Below the pieces are notes generated by a model that saw only the letters and a list, made by a program, of their open reading frames with translations, had not been told where the DNA came from and did not search any database. A stretch of 62,553 bases of DNA, the filler included, from Chiloscyllium plagiosum (taxonomy: Eukaryota): NCBI RefSeq assembly GCF_004010195.1. It is 3 parts of one record of this genome, joined end to end, with 100 filler letters (N's around TTAATTAATTAA, not from the genome) between each part and the next. Parts side by side here need not be neighbours in the genome. Positions count along the whole stretch, not along the records: positions 36,427 to 62,553 come from NC_057712.1; 2 more parts are not named here. One strand, written 5' to 3'. Positions 61,483 to 62,553 of this stretch are shown piece by piece (position 1 is the stretch's first letter; each line of letters begins with the position of its first letter). The translations under genes and the position numbers were made by a program.

Positions 61483-62553
61483 AATCCAAAGGGTTTTTAC
61501 AAATATATTAAGGACAAAAGGGTAACTAGGGAGAGAATAGGGCCCCTCAAAGATCAGCAAGGCAGCCTTTGTGTGGAGCCACAGAAAATGGGGGAGATAC
61601 TAAATGAATATTTTGCATCAGTATTTACTGTGGAAAAGGATATGGAAGATATAGACTGTAGGGAAATAGATGGTGACATCTTGCAAAATGTCCAGATTAC
61701 AGAGGAGGGAGTGCTGGATGTCTTGAAATGATTAAAGGTGGATAAATCCCCAGGAACTGATCAGGTGTACCCAAGAACTCTGTGGGAAGCTAGGGAAGTG
61801 ATTGCTGGACCTCTTGCTGAGATATTTGTATCATCGATAGTCACAGGGAAAGTGCCGGAAGACTGGAAGGTGGCAACTGTGGTGCCACTGTTTAAGAAGG
61901 GCGGTAAAGTCAATCCAGGGAACTATAGACTGGTGAGCCTACCTCAGTGTTGGGCAAGTTGTTGGAGGGAATCCTGAGGGACAGGATGTACATGTATTTG
62001 GAAAGGCAAGGACTGATTAGGGATAGTCAACATGGCTTTGTTCGTGGGAAATCATGTCTCACAAACTTGATTGAGTTTTTTGAAGAAGTAACAAAGAAGA
62101 TTGATGAGGGCAGAGTAGTAGATGTGATCTATATGGACTTCAGTAAGACGTTCGACAAAGTTCCCCATGATAGACTGATAAGCAAGGTTAGATCTCATGG
62201 AATACAGGGAGAATTAGCCATTTGGATACTGAACTGGCTCAAAGGTAGAAGACAGACGGTGGTGGTGGATGGCTGTTTTTCAGACTGGAGGCCTGTGACC
62301 AGTGGAGTGCCACAAGAATTGGTGCTGGGTCCTCTACTTTTTGTCATTTACATAAATGATTTGGATGCGAGCATAAGAGGTACAGTTAGGAAGTTTGCAG
62401 ATGACACCAAAATTGGAGGTGTAGTGGACAGCGAAGAGGGTTACCTCAGATTACAACAGGATCTGGACCAGATGGGCCAATGGGCTGAAAAGTGGCAGAT
62501 GGAGTTTAATTCAGATAAATGCGAGGTGCTGCATTTTGGGAAAGCAAATCTTA
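61483..62553 (+). mobile_element. Young CR1 ORF2, runs off the window end
   Basis: NPKGFYKYIKDKR...DKSPGTDQVYPRTL...KFADDTK; near-identical to 23238-23600 and 29524-30180. Confidence 0.95.

Overview
Eukaryotic, repeat-saturated DNA. The repeat content (HE1-type V-SINEs, CR1 LINEs with an esterase ORF1, a Deu-domain SINE) points to a cartilaginous fish such as a shark; this is an inference. No intact host gene is visible, and the best candidate is one isolated 157-bp exon at 39355-39511. Main contents: (1) many CR1 copies of several ages, including a near full-length CR1 (about 20796-30905) carrying a full-length L1-clade element (23601-29523) with a TSD, an L1-endonuclease-type target site and a 5' YY1 motif; (2) at least five families of Penelope-like elements (PLEs; GIY-YIG coding sequence visible in some) whose termini carry minimal hammerhead ribozymes with co-varying stem II and palindromic stem III; (3) several PLE insertions built as inverted repeats with TSDs and a 35-38 nt one-sided tail, where the arm/tail boundary falls at the centre of a short palindrome in the five cases where it can be read clearly; (4) SINEs, a probable solo LTR, a decayed spliced Myb/SANT (Harbinger-type) gene followed by a 21/24-bp minisatellite, and a possible MITE. 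There are six N gaps, two of them artificial 100-nt linkers containing TTAATTAATTAA. Boundaries of old, degraded repeats are approximate, and family names come from motif recognition, not database searches.
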